A stretch of 64,000 nt of DNA. Origin: Verrucomicrobiota bacterium (GTDB lineage Bacteria > Verrucomicrobiota > Verrucomicrobiia > Verrucomicrobiales > DEV007). Positions 27,301 through 37,201 of this stretch are shown in pieces. The translations under genes were made by a program, and so were the position numbers. Position 1 is the stretch's first letter. Every line of letters starts with the position of its first letter. The stretch spans positions 1 through 64,000 of the forward strand of contig JASFYY010000133.1 of the NCBI GenBank assembly GCA_045046875.1, in the 5' to 3' direction. The notes under the pieces were generated by a model. It saw only the letters and a list, made by a program, of their open reading frames with translations. It made no database searches and had not been told where the DNA came from.

Positions 27301-27966
27301 CTAAAATTTTCCGTATTTGAGATAGGCTTCCTGAGGATCACATCCGTCCAAAATCGCGGTTCTTACCAGGTTTTCCGTTTTGATCACTTCTTCCGTTTTG
27401 GAAACAATTTCTTCGGCAATCGCTGCGGGGATTACAACCACACCATCAAAATCGGCCAACACATAATCGCCGCCATGGATTTCCACGGATCCGATGACGA
27501 TGCTTTCATTGAAAGATTCGGCGCGCCATCGACCAACCACATCAACGGGGGTGGTGTATTTGGAGAAGGTCTTGAATCCAATTTTTTTGATAAATGCGCT
27601 GTCCCTGCAGCCGCCATCGACAATATATCCGCGAATGCCTCTTAATAGAAGAGTTTCGGCGGAGAGTTCTCCCATGTGGGCAAGCGAGTTGTCGTTGGGT
27701 TGGCAGATCACCACACTTCCTTTTGGCGCAAGGGAAAGTAGTTTCGTCCAATCCAGTAATGTTTGATGATCGTCCAATTCGGAGTCGTAGTGACCACTGA
27801 CGGTGAATATTTTTCCAGCTACTTTCCAGTCTTCTTTGAGCGGCATGATTTCACTCGGTAGCGCTTGATCAGGGTAGCCTGCGGCTCGTAAAACATCGTA
27901 AAGGGCACCGGTGTAACACGTTTCAAGGCGATCAGCTAATTCGGTGGGGTAGGCGTTGGGTTTCAT
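27301..27966 (-). CDS. RraA family protein / HMG aldolase-like
   Basis: AHMGELSA...GYIVDGGCRD...GDYVLADFDGVVVIP. Confidence 0.9.
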   Translation of the reverse strand: MKPNAYPTELADRLETCYTGALYDVLRAAGYPDQALPSEIMPLKEDWKVAGKIFTVSGHYDSELDDHQTLLDWTKLLSLAPKGSVVICQPNDNSLAHMGELSAETLLLRGIRGYIVDGGCRDSAFIKKIGFKTFSKYTTPVDVVGRWRAESFNESIVIGSVEIHGGDYVLADFDGVVVIPAAIAEEIVSKTEEVIKTENLVRTAILDGCDPQEAYLKYGKF

Positions 27967-28145
27967 TTATTGTCATTCGTGCTGATTCAGATTCAGCTTG
28001 CGGCAGGGGGAGGAAAAAGCAAATCTCTAAAGTTTGTTATTGCTAGTCTATGGGATGAGGTGATTTTTGGCTTTGCCTTTTTTGCGCAAAGTAGCATCAA
28101 GTCAGGTGATAGGATGCGTTTCGATTCCGCTACTTATTCTAAATA

Positions 28146-29576
28146 ATGAAGCTTTCTATCTTAAGAATATTAAATTTTGGGTGCGTGTTTTTTTTAGTCG
28201 CGCTGACGCATAAGGCAAATTCAGAGGAATCGAAAAATAAGGTTTTCAAGGCCGGGGCGGCGACCAGCAATATCACTCCGCCTCTGGGATCTCCTGTTGC
28301 TGGTGCTGGGAGCACGGTTCCTACAAATAATGTTCATGATGAATTGCATGCACGTGCCTTGATTCTGGATGACGGGAAAACACGCTTCGCTTTGGTGGTT
28401 TGTGATAGCAGTGGTATCTCGGCTACGATTTGTGAAAAAGCGCGGGAATTCATTGCTGCGAACGAGACGATTCAAATTGCACCGGAAAATGTCATGATTT
28501 CAGCGACCCACACGCATTCGGGGCCCAATGCGAACGCTGACAATTACCGCGACTTTCTGGCTCGTAGAATCGCGGACAGTGTCCAGCGGGCCGTTTCAAA
28601 TCTGCAACCCGCAAAAATTGGATGGGGCAGTGTGGATGAACCTTCGGAGTTATTTAATCGGCGATGGTATGTGAATGACTCCGCTCTGTTGCAGAATCCC
28701 TTTGGATGTGTGGATAAGGTCGTGATGAATCCACCCAGGGGCAGCAAGGCGCTGGTTCAACCTGCAGGTCCGATCGATCCGGAAGTCTCTTTTTTGAGCG
28801 TGCAATCATTGGAGGGAAAACCGATCGCCTTATTCGCAAACTATTCGCTGCACTACGTCGGAGGCGCGGCGGTGGGAGAGATCTCGGCAGATTATTTTGG
28901 CATGTTTGCCAATCGAATGGGGGAACTGTTGAGAGCCGAATCCGAGTTTCCACCCTTTGTTGGTATCATGTCCAATGGCACCAGCGGAGATGTGAACAAT
29001 TCCGACAGACGCAAAAAGTCTCAGAGAAGAGCCCCTTATGAAAAAATGAAAGAAGTGGCTGAGAAGCTCGCACAGGGAGTAGCCAAAGCGCATCAAGGAA
29101 TCACATTTCATGACTGGGTGCCTCTTGGCGCAGCAAGTCGTAAGCTTCCATTGAAGCCCCGTAAAGCGGATAAGAATCTAATGGAATACGCAGCGAAAAT
29201 CCTGGAACGTCCGGATGATGTTTCCGGCTATCCTCGGTATGCTCTGAAATATGCAGCCTATGTCGAGCGGATGGGAAATGGAGATTATCGAGTGCCGGAT
29301 TTGATTCAAGTGTTTCGCATTGGCGATTTGGGAATCGCAGCCATTCCTTATGAGACGTTTACGGAAACTGGATTGCGGATAAAAGCAGAAAGCCCGTTTC
29401 AAGATAGTTTTACGATTGAACTGGCGAACGGAGCGGGAGGCTATCTGCCAACTCCTGAGCAGCATAAGTTGGGAGGTTATGAAACCTGGTTTGGAACGAA
29501 TCGAGTTCAGATGGATGCGTCGGAAGTCATTGTCGAAGCGATTCTGAGCATGATGGAAGAGTTGAACGCGGAGTAG
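28146..29576 (+). CDS. Neutral/alkaline ceramidase-like amidohydrolase (secreted)
   Basis: NITPP, HDELHARAL, SATHTHSGP, FNRR, GPIDPE, SADYFG, IPYETF, ELANG.GGYLPT...GGYET. Confidence 0.85.
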   Translation: MKLSILRILNFGCVFFLVALTHKANSEESKNKVFKAGAATSNITPPLGSPVAGAGSTVPTNNVHDELHARALILDDGKTRFALVVCDSSGISATICEKAREFIAANETIQIAPENVMISATHTHSGPNANADNYRDFLARRIADSVQRAVSNLQPAKIGWGSVDEPSELFNRRWYVNDSALLQNPFGCVDKVVMNPPRGSKALVQPAGPIDPEVSFLSVQSLEGKPIALFANYSLHYVGGAAVGEISADYFGMFANRMGELLRAESEFPPFVGIMSNGTSGDVNNSDRRKKSQRRAPYEKMKEVAEKLAQGVAKAHQGITFHDWVPLGAASRKLPLKPRKADKNLMEYAAKILERPDDVSGYPRYALKYAAYVERMGNGDYRVPDLIQVFRIGDLGIAAIPYETFTETGLRIKAESPFQDSFTIELANGAGGYLPTPEQHKLGGYETWFGTNRVQMDASEVIVEAILSMMEELNAE

Positions 29577-29581
29577 TAATT

Positions 29582-31297
29582 ATGGATTATTATAGAAACG
29601 ATAGAATCACACTGAGCTTTGTGCATACAGCTGTGCTGTTCTTTTTCCTAAGTGGATCTTTATGGGCAGGAAGCATTCATGTCGCCAGTGATGGAAATGA
29701 TCAGGCTACGGGAAGTGCTGAAGCACCCTTGAAAACGGTCCAGGCGGGTCTAAACAAAGCTCAGGCCGGCGACACGGTTTTTGTCAGCAAGGGGATCTAT
29801 CGTGAACGTTTGGTTTTCCCTCGGGATGGTGAAGCGGGGAAGCCTATCATTCTGACTGGGGAAAACGGGGTCATCATTGATGGGGGGACTTTGGTGAGTG
29901 GTTGGGAAAAGGTGAAGGGTTCGGGGGGGGATATTTATCGCATTCCTTACGAGGGGGAGCGCCCGATGAACCTGACCTGGAACAGCAAATACATTCTGCG
30001 GATTCGCGATGAGTTCATGGCGAAGGGGGATATGACCACCCTGCGTGATGGGCCGATGGGTTGGGACAGTTATGAAGGGAAACCTTATCGAAGCTGGGAT
30101 GGCGTGAAAGCGATGTGGGGGTGTTGGCAGGGGTATCTGTATCTAGGATTTGGAGATTCGACTGTGAATCCAGCAGAGCAGGAAATCACCACCACACCAG
30201 ATGGCAAGCGGGGAGGGGCAACGGTAACGGTTGATGGGCGAAAATTTATCACCGTCAAAGGACTGACCCTTCGCAATGCTTATCATGCTGTGATGATTTA
30301 CAATGGGTCGAGTGATTGCGTTATTGAAGACAACGATCTGATCGGTGGGAAAAACACCGTGATGATAGCAGGGGGACCGAAAGGGGAGCCTTCTCGAATA
30401 GTGGTGACAAAAAATCGTTGTACACTGGGCTATGTGCATTCTCTAGATCCTGCAGACGCACGTCACTGGTTCATTTGGGCAGCTTTCAAGAAGAACAGCG
30501 ATTGGGATCGCACTTGTATTAGTATGAAAAATTTTGGCTCGGATGTAGAGATTTCAGAAAATCATCTTTTTGAAAATTTTAATGGAGTGGGGAATCAAAA
30601 ATCCGGCAAACGATTGACGGTGCACCACAATCTTATCGAGTATATGGCTGATGACGGACTGGAACCTGACGGTGAGGAAACCGAGGCTCATTGGCATCAC
30701 AACGTGGTCAGGAACTGCAATATCCAATACCGTCACAAAAATATCATCGGTGATGGTCCGATGTATGTTTACGACAACTGGTTTGTCTCCCGGCCGGGGC
30801 AAAAGACCGGGTCCAACATGGGATTGTATTTTTTTGGAGGCTCCACAACACCTGCTTACATTTATCACAATACATTTATCGCATCGAGGGGAGTGACAGT
30901 TGGGGCTAAGAATATTCAACTGGGTCTGCCGAATGTCTGGATGATCAACAATGTGTTTTCCTGTGACGAAGTTTTCCAGGATAACAAGAGGCTGAAGATT
31001 TATCCTCATTTTGATTACAATTATTGTGAAGGTGACCTTTCTGTTCCGAAGAGTTGGTGGGGGAAGAACAACAAGCTAGTGAAGAGGGAGCGGATTTTGG
31101 ATCTGGAATTAATCAATGGAAAACAAGAGAATTTCGTATTGCTGCTAAATAAGCGGGGAGTTGATTTGTCAAAAAAGTGGTCAAGCGGGGGAGTCGTACA
31201 TCTGTCTCTTCCCGGAATGCAGGGAGGATATTATAAAAATGGCAAAGCGCACGTTGGAGCGAAAATGCAAGCCGGTAGGGGAGGCGATAATCGTTGA
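29582..31297 (+). CDS. Secreted right-handed parallel beta-helix protein (DUF1565-like N-terminus)
   Basis: HVASDGND..GS...PLKTVQ....AGDTV....G.YRE, followed by Asn-ladder repeats and DDGLEPDG. Confidence 0.75.
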   Translation: MDYYRNDRITLSFVHTAVLFFFLSGSLWAGSIHVASDGNDQATGSAEAPLKTVQAGLNKAQAGDTVFVSKGIYRERLVFPRDGEAGKPIILTGENGVIIDGGTLVSGWEKVKGSGGDIYRIPYEGERPMNLTWNSKYILRIRDEFMAKGDMTTLRDGPMGWDSYEGKPYRSWDGVKAMWGCWQGYLYLGFGDSTVNPAEQEITTTPDGKRGGATVTVDGRKFITVKGLTLRNAYHAVMIYNGSSDCVIEDNDLIGGKNTVMIAGGPKGEPSRIVVTKNRCTLGYVHSLDPADARHWFIWAAFKKNSDWDRTCISMKNFGSDVEISENHLFENFNGVGNQKSGKRLTVHHNLIEYMADDGLEPDGEETEAHWHHNVVRNCNIQYRHKNIIGDGPMYVYDNWFVSRPGQKTGSNMGLYFFGGSTTPAYIYHNTFIASRGVTVGAKNIQLGLPNVWMINNVFSCDEVFQDNKRLKIYPHFDYNYCEGDLSVPKSWWGKNNKLVKRERILDLELINGKQENFVLLLNKRGVDLSKKWSSGGVVHLSLPGMQGGYYKNGKAHVGAKMQAGRGGDNR

Positions 31298-31632
31298 TAT
31301 GGCAGTAATATTTTCGCAGTTGGCATTCCCCTGATTTGTAATTATGTCAGAGAGGACTCACCAGAGGCTGAAGTAGTCTGGCAGAATTCCTGAATAGCCA
31401 CTCGGAGAGGAACAGGTTTGGGTGTTCGGAAAGATTAACTTTAAAGGTGAGAAATAAATATTCGTAGGGCATCGGGCTTGACTGCAGAAATGTCCCGTGT
31501 TCTAATCAGCGCAAATGAACAGGATTAACCCCTTCCAATTCCAGCGGCTACACGCAGGCAAACGTCAGGAATGAAAAAAATACCAGGAGTCTATCGGACT
31601 TAAGGCTTCTTACAGACTCTCAGCAGTTTAAC

Positions 31633-32736
31633 ATGAAAATAATCGGATCGTTCACCGTCATTGCTGTGTCTATAGGTCGTGTTTTGATATGTTTTCTTAT
31701 TATATTTCCCCCCTTTCTGGTAAATGCCAATGATTATTACCTTGCCGTCGATGGAAGTGATTCGAATTCTGGCAATATCGACAGTCCTTGGAAAACGATT
31801 ACCAAGGCTATTTCCCATTTAAAAGCTGGCGACAATCTCTATCTAAGAGGCGGAACCTACATCGGTGAGCCAACATATTATTGGGATGCAAAGAAACATC
31901 CTGGCGGTATATCGGGAAAGCCCATCACCATTAGAGCTTATCGCGATGAAAATCCCGTGTTTGACGGACAAGGGGAAATGAAGGGTTTTATCTCTTTGTA
32001 TGGTGTAGATTGGGTGACGATTGAGGGGCTGACTATCAAAAACTATTTAGTTGAAGATAATGGTGTCATTTGGTTGGGGCGACTTAATCTGAAGAGTAAT
32101 GATTTTGCTGAGAATATTTCGATTATCAACAATCGCATAGAAAATTCAGGCAAGGGGAAACGCGCCCATGCCATTTATGTTTCATGGGGCAGCAAAGACA
32201 TACTGATCAAGAATAACCATATAAAAAAGGTATCTGGTTACGGGGTTCATGGCTGGCATGGACCGGGGGTTAACGGTATGAAAATAATTAACAATATTAT
32301 ACAGAACGCTAAAGCAGGGGCTATTATTTTGGCGGATGGTGCTAAGAATATCGAAATACGCAATAATATTATCTATAACAACGCCACAGGTATAGATTTT
32401 AATCATAAGGGGAGCGATATATCATGGGGCGTAAAAAACGCCAAGGTAACCCGGAATATTATTGTGAATTGTAAAGATTACGGTGGATTGCGAATAGCCA
32501 CGCATAATCAAAAAGATGTGTTTTCCGATTACAATCTCTATTACAATGCTCCAATCATCTGGAACGGGGAACGATTAAGCTTGGATGAATATAGAAAAGT
32601 CAGCAATAATGCCGATCATTCAAAAGTGGCGGATCCACTTTTCATAGATCCTGCGCAAGACGATTTTCATTTCCAGCCGGGGTCACCAGCTAAAGAAATA
32701 CTGCAAAACACCAGCGGCCTCGAAGCCGCTGATTGA
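31633..32736 (+). CDS. Secreted right-handed parallel beta-helix protein (AT-rich gene)
   Basis: YYLAVDGSDSNSG...PWKTI, I.NN.I repeats, SDYNLY, DPLF.D....DFH...SPA. Confidence 0.75.
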   Translation: MKIIGSFTVIAVSIGRVLICFLIIFPPFLVNANDYYLAVDGSDSNSGNIDSPWKTITKAISHLKAGDNLYLRGGTYIGEPTYYWDAKKHPGGISGKPITIRAYRDENPVFDGQGEMKGFISLYGVDWVTIEGLTIKNYLVEDNGVIWLGRLNLKSNDFAENISIINNRIENSGKGKRAHAIYVSWGSKDILIKNNHIKKVSGYGVHGWHGPGVNGMKIINNIIQNAKAGAIILADGAKNIEIRNNIIYNNATGIDFNHKGSDISWGVKNAKVTRNIIVNCKDYGGLRIATHNQKDVFSDYNLYYNAPIIWNGERLSLDEYRKVSNNADHSKVADPLFIDPAQDDFHFQPGSPAKEILQNTSGLEAAD

Positions 32737-32760
32737 TTGCGCTGATTCGTTTATTTCACA

Positions 32761-34065
32761 ATGAATAACCCTGTATGGACAATAATGATTATCCGAGCTT
32801 TTAAAAATACTCCAGCCCTTCTAGTGGCTTTTCTTGTTGCCGCTTCAGGTGCAGCCAAGGCGGAGTCAACTTCAGCTGCACTCGAAAAGAAAATGGATCA
32901 GGCGTGGGAGGTCGCCTGGGGGAGGTTTTTTCACAAGGACGTGGAAACGTTCATGGATTATTTGAGCAGTTATGAGGAGGGAAAAGAATTGACCCACCTG
33001 CCGAGCGCGGAAGAAGTAAATCGTCAGTATCCTAATCCCTGTGGTTACAGCACCGGCATGGAAGATGGTATGATCCTCGGCGGAGCCATGTTGAGCCTCA
33101 TTTGTGATCGATTTTCTGTAACGGGAGAGGACGATCTCCGGGATCGTTCCGCTCAAGTATTTAGGGGAATGCGCCGATGTGTCACAGTACATGGGGTGCC
33201 CGGGTTCGTTGCCAGGAATATCTGTCCGGAAGACCGCAAGAGCATTTATATCAACTCATCCCGTGATCAATACACACATTTTGTTCATGGATTGTGGAAG
33301 TACTATCATAGTCCTCTTGCAGACGAAGCGACCAAGATCGAGATTCGCAATATTCTCGCAGCGGTTGCCGACCGTATGATTGAGTATGTCACTCCAAAAA
33401 ATGATTATGACTTCTGTCGAGCAGACGGAAAGAGGGGGCCTTTGGGGATCTGTCGAATGTGGAATGTCCAGGCTCACGAGGCCGCGCGTCTGCCGATGAT
33501 ATATGCTGCCGCCTGGGACACGACCGGGAATGAGGCTTACCGGAAATTGTGGCGTAAGTATGCGGCTAAAGCCGTGGCTCAGTCGGCTTCTCCTGATAAG
33601 AATAATCCGGCTTACGCGTTGCTGCAGATGCAGGTTTCATTGGAGGTTCTCTACCAGCTTGAACCTGATCAGGACTTAAAGGAAAAGATTTCCAAGGTGA
33701 TGAAACATGTGAGTGCGCTCGCGGAACATCGCCTGGATCACACGATTAAACGCATTGCTAAAAAGAGTTCAGAGGAAATGAGCATGCTTGGGCCTGACTG
33801 GCGGCAGGCGAAGGAGTGGAAAAATAGGGGAGGCTATAAAAACCCTCAGTGGGGACCTTATCGGGAAATCTGGCACCTTACCCGGGAGGCCGGGGAGTCT
33901 GCTCTTGTTCCCTTGATGGTGAACCAAGCTTCGATGGGTGATGGATCGAAGCAACAGCTGAAGGGCCTGATCCTGCAAACGGATTATCTGCACAATTCCA
34001 GTTGCGGCATCATTTACCATCTTGCCGCTTACTGGAAAGCGCGACGTTATAAGGAAATAGAATAA
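32761..34065 (+). CDS. Secreted hypothetical protein, predicted helical (possible alpha/alpha-barrel enzyme)
   Basis: Signal peptide; 434-aa ORF with GTGMED-like, SRDQYTH and HEAAR motifs. Confidence 0.55.
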   Translation: MNNPVWTIMIIRAFKNTPALLVAFLVAASGAAKAESTSAALEKKMDQAWEVAWGRFFHKDVETFMDYLSSYEEGKELTHLPSAEEVNRQYPNPCGYSTGMEDGMILGGAMLSLICDRFSVTGEDDLRDRSAQVFRGMRRCVTVHGVPGFVARNICPEDRKSIYINSSRDQYTHFVHGLWKYYHSPLADEATKIEIRNILAAVADRMIEYVTPKNDYDFCRADGKRGPLGICRMWNVQAHEAARLPMIYAAAWDTTGNEAYRKLWRKYAAKAVAQSASPDKNNPAYALLQMQVSLEVLYQLEPDQDLKEKISKVMKHVSALAEHRLDHTIKRIAKKSSEEMSMLGPDWRQAKEWKNRGGYKNPQWGPYREIWHLTREAGESALVPLMVNQASMGDGSKQQLKGLILQTDYLHNSSCGIIYHLAAYWKARRYKEIE

Positions 34066-34307
34066 GTGACATCATTGAGAAAAAGGAGCAATATACATGT
34101 CTCAACAAATTTACTGCCTCTGGGCAAGCTTACCTTAAATGTGAGCAACCAGGCCATGATATTACGAGTCTTCTGAAAAATTGAACCGCCCTGGTAGATT
34201 TAACGAATTGATATTACGTTTGACCTGATAATTTCCCCTTCGCCAATTCTGGTTGGCCAACAAAACATCCTTTGTTCCGTGGACGCGGGGATGTGGAGAT
34301 CAAGTGG

Positions 34308-35792
34308 TTACTTGCTGTCCGGTTTTTGGTAATCTGACTTGGGAAACAGGCTTACCTTGCCATCCTTTCCTCGCCGGGCCATTTTGCCGTCGAGGTACCA
34401 GATAGGATAGGAACTGAAAATATTCCCACTCCCTAGGATTCTGGGATCGCCAGTTTTCCGCAGGTAGGCTTCGAGATCCTTTTTCAGCTTCTCCTTTACT
34501 TTCGCCAAGCCCTCTTCCTCCGCCAGATTGTGCGTTTGCCAGACATCCTTGCGGACATCATACAATTCCTCCGGCGGCCTGGGGCCAAAACATAGCTGGT
34601 AATTGGTTTTTGTGGCCGTTTCCTGCATCAGTAGATCTGGAATCGGTCCGGCTTGAACGGGGTTCCATCCTCCTCCTTCCGGCTTCGGATAGTTCTGAAT
34701 ATACAGATAGTTACTGGTCCGGACGCCCCTGCACGACATCGGCCCCAGCCATCTGGAAAAATGCTTCCCCCCGGGATGCGCCTCGAGCCCGAAAAAAACC
34801 TTGTCACGTCCCGGGTCGATGGTGCCGCTTTCTTCAGCAGTGAGCAATTTGAGAAAACTTTTGCCCGTCATTTCCGAAGCCGTCTCCAAGTCGGCCACCT
34901 CCAGTAGAGTGGGTGCCAGATCAGTGAAGCTGACAAAATCCTCCACCACACGTCCCGGACGAATTTTATCGGGCCAGTGGGCAATAAAAGGCACACGGGT
35001 GCCAAGGTCATACAAACTCGCCTTTCCACGTGGCCAGGGCATGCCATGGTCACTGGTCACGATTAACAGGGTATTGTCCAGCACACCGTTTTGCTCCAGC
35101 AGTTTCACCACCTTGCCAACCTGCTTGTCAAACTGCTCAATCTCTTGGTAGTAACCGGCCAGATCTTTCCTTACTTCAGGAGTGTCAGGTAGGAACGGGG
35201 GGATTTCGATGGCTCCGAGGTCTCGTCCGTCCACTTCGTAGTGGAATGGGCGGTGGCCAAGGGACGATCCGAGCCAATAACAAAAGGGAGTCTTCCCGGA
35301 ATGCTCGGCTAAAAATTTGTCCAGAGGGACTTTCTTGCCGGCGGGTGGGGACTCCCACCCACCAAGCTTCCAGTACCCTGGGGCCCATCCTTTACCCTGG
35401 CGGCCAACCTGATACCCGGATTTTTCCAGCAAGCTGGGATAGATCGCATAGCTGTTCTGTAAAGTTCCGCCAAAAACCGCGGCTTCTTTTAGTCGCCAGA
35501 TTTCCTGCCCGGTCAATAGAACGGATCTGGCAGGATGGCAAATTGGTGAGCCGCAGTATACATTGGAAAAGCGCACCCCTTTCTCCGCCAATTTGTCAAT
35601 GTGGGGTGTTTTCGCGAAGGAGCCTCCGTAAACGCCCCAGTCCCGCCAAGACATGTCGTCGGAAATCATGAACAGGATGTTTGTCCGGGAATCCTCACCA
35701 TGCGTTTCCGTCATGGGAGCGGCAAAGGCAATAAAATAAAACAATATGCCTAAATAGGAAGGCGCGAGCTGGAAGGATTTGGATGCGATCAT
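34308..35792 (-). CDS. Sulfatase, N-sulfoglucosamine sulfohydrolase (sulfamidase)-like
   Basis: NILFMISDD, CHPAR, GKGWAPG, HRPF, SDHGMPWPRGKASLYD, PEELYD. Confidence 0.85.
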   Translation of the reverse strand: MIASKSFQLAPSYLGILFYFIAFAAPMTETHGEDSRTNILFMISDDMSWRDWGVYGGSFAKTPHIDKLAEKGVRFSNVYCGSPICHPARSVLLTGQEIWRLKEAAVFGGTLQNSYAIYPSLLEKSGYQVGRQGKGWAPGYWKLGGWESPPAGKKVPLDKFLAEHSGKTPFCYWLGSSLGHRPFHYEVDGRDLGAIEIPPFLPDTPEVRKDLAGYYQEIEQFDKQVGKVVKLLEQNGVLDNTLLIVTSDHGMPWPRGKASLYDLGTRVPFIAHWPDKIRPGRVVEDFVSFTDLAPTLLEVADLETASEMTGKSFLKLLTAEESGTIDPGRDKVFFGLEAHPGGKHFSRWLGPMSCRGVRTSNYLYIQNYPKPEGGGWNPVQAGPIPDLLMQETATKTNYQLCFGPRPPEELYDVRKDVWQTHNLAEEEGLAKVKEKLKKDLEAYLRKTGDPRILGSGNIFSSYPIWYLDGKMARRGKDGKVSLFPKSDYQKPDSK

Positions 35793-35890
35793 GGGTTTGC
35801 TACTATAGGCTTATAGCTTAAAGCATTGCATTGGGAAATAAATATTTGGTGAGCGCATTCCCGGTGGTTTGCCATAAGTAAATTTCAGTT

Positions 35891-37183
35891 TCATTGAATC
35901 ACTTTTGCGCCACACGATTTGCAAAACTTGTCATTTGATCTGAGTTTGATTCCGCATTTGATACAGAATTTAGGGTTCTGTGAAGCAGCCGGTTTTGCCT
36001 GCTTCTTTACCGGTTGTGGAATAAGAAGCGGGGGATCCGCTTTTTTGTGCATATACGGAGGAGGCGTTTGATCCGACTTTGGAGCATTGCTTGCCGGGGC
36101 TTGGTTGGCTTCCTTCGGTATTTCTGACGACAGGATTTTCACACCACATTCGGGGCAATTATTTGTATTGTCAGGAATTCGTGCGGCACACACCGGGCAG
36201 GAATGTGCGGATGACACGGTTTGGCCGGTTGAGTCATTTGGATGTTTTAGAAAATCTGATATCAGTAACTCAGTATTCTTAAAATCGAGCGATGCGATCG
36301 TTGATTCTTTTCCTCCAAAATCAAAGAGAAACAAGTCCTGCAAGGATCGAACCAAAAGCATAGCTTCGTGCCCTTCGCTTCCCTTATCGGTAATCCGTGT
36401 GATTCGAATGGCTACTTTAGTGAGATGTTGGTGGAGAGCCACCAATATGCGGTATCCGGACGAAGTGAGATGATAATTATCATTCGCAGCAGAAATGAGT
36501 TTGCGGGAAATCAATTCTTCTAGAGCAGGCTGAACTCTTCCCTCCCATGAGGCTGCATTGCTTGAGAAGGGGAATACTTTATCGAAAAAGAAAAACGGCC
36601 ATCTGAAATCTTCGATCGAGCTGTCATTAATCACATCTTCCACAGTCGATATTTCGAAGGATTGTGTGGGTTCTAGGTGGGAAAGTATGGATGACATCCG
36701 CGACTCCCGTAGAAGATGAAGCAAAGCCAGGAGAACAAGACCGGCATCCTGAGAGAAGCTTCCTCTGATATCCACAGGGGAAAGAGGGATTTGTTCAAGA
36801 AGCACTGATGAGATGGTTTTCACCAATGACGAAGTCGGTTCAACACAGATTCGCCAAGTGTTTTCCGCTGATATCATAATGACAACTTGTCCCGGAGCTT
36901 GAGGGCCGTAGGCAAGGATCGCTCGACTGATGGACTCTTCGCCCAATGTGTAATGGAGGACTCCGGCTTGAGTAGGACCGGCTAGAATTGCGATTGCGTT
37001 GCGGTAGGTGATGGCAAAATCTTCAGGTATCTCTGAGAAAAACCGGGCAACCGAGCCCTGATCTTCCTCGGTGGCGGAGATCTGTGGTATTCGCGACAGT
37101 GGGCCGATCGGCAAGTCTAAAACTGATGGGGCTGAGGTCAGTTCAGGCCCACTTGCAACTAGGTCTCCTTCTTCAAGTTTCAT
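35891..37183 (-). CDS. Hypothetical protein with two C-terminal zinc-ribbon domains
   Basis: CPVC..CPEC and CIKC..CKSC separated by a Pro-rich linker; about 315-aa uncharacterised N-terminal domain. Confidence 0.75.
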   Translation of the reverse strand: MKLEEGDLVASGPELTSAPSVLDLPIGPLSRIPQISATEEDQGSVARFFSEIPEDFAITYRNAIAILAGPTQAGVLHYTLGEESISRAILAYGPQAPGQVVIMISAENTWRICVEPTSSLVKTISSVLLEQIPLSPVDIRGSFSQDAGLVLLALLHLLRESRMSSILSHLEPTQSFEISTVEDVINDSSIEDFRWPFFFFDKVFPFSSNAASWEGRVQPALEELISRKLISAANDNYHLTSSGYRILVALHQHLTKVAIRITRITDKGSEGHEAMLLVRSLQDLFLFDFGGKESTIASLDFKNTELLISDFLKHPNDSTGQTVSSAHSCPVCAARIPDNTNNCPECGVKILSSEIPKEANQAPASNAPKSDQTPPPYMHKKADPPLLIPQPVKKQAKPAASQNPKFCIKCGIKLRSNDKFCKSCGAKVIQ

Positions 37184-37201
37184 TGTGTGCAGGGATTATT
37201 A

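Noticed and set aside
31298..31632. Riboswitch or ncRNA in the long intergenic gap
   Set aside because: No recognisable aptamer consensus or strong stems by eye; an Rfam/Infernal scan would be needed.
34182..34195. TGAACCGCCCTGG resembling an IS3-type terminal repeat
   Set aside because: Too short, with no partner IR or transposase nearby.
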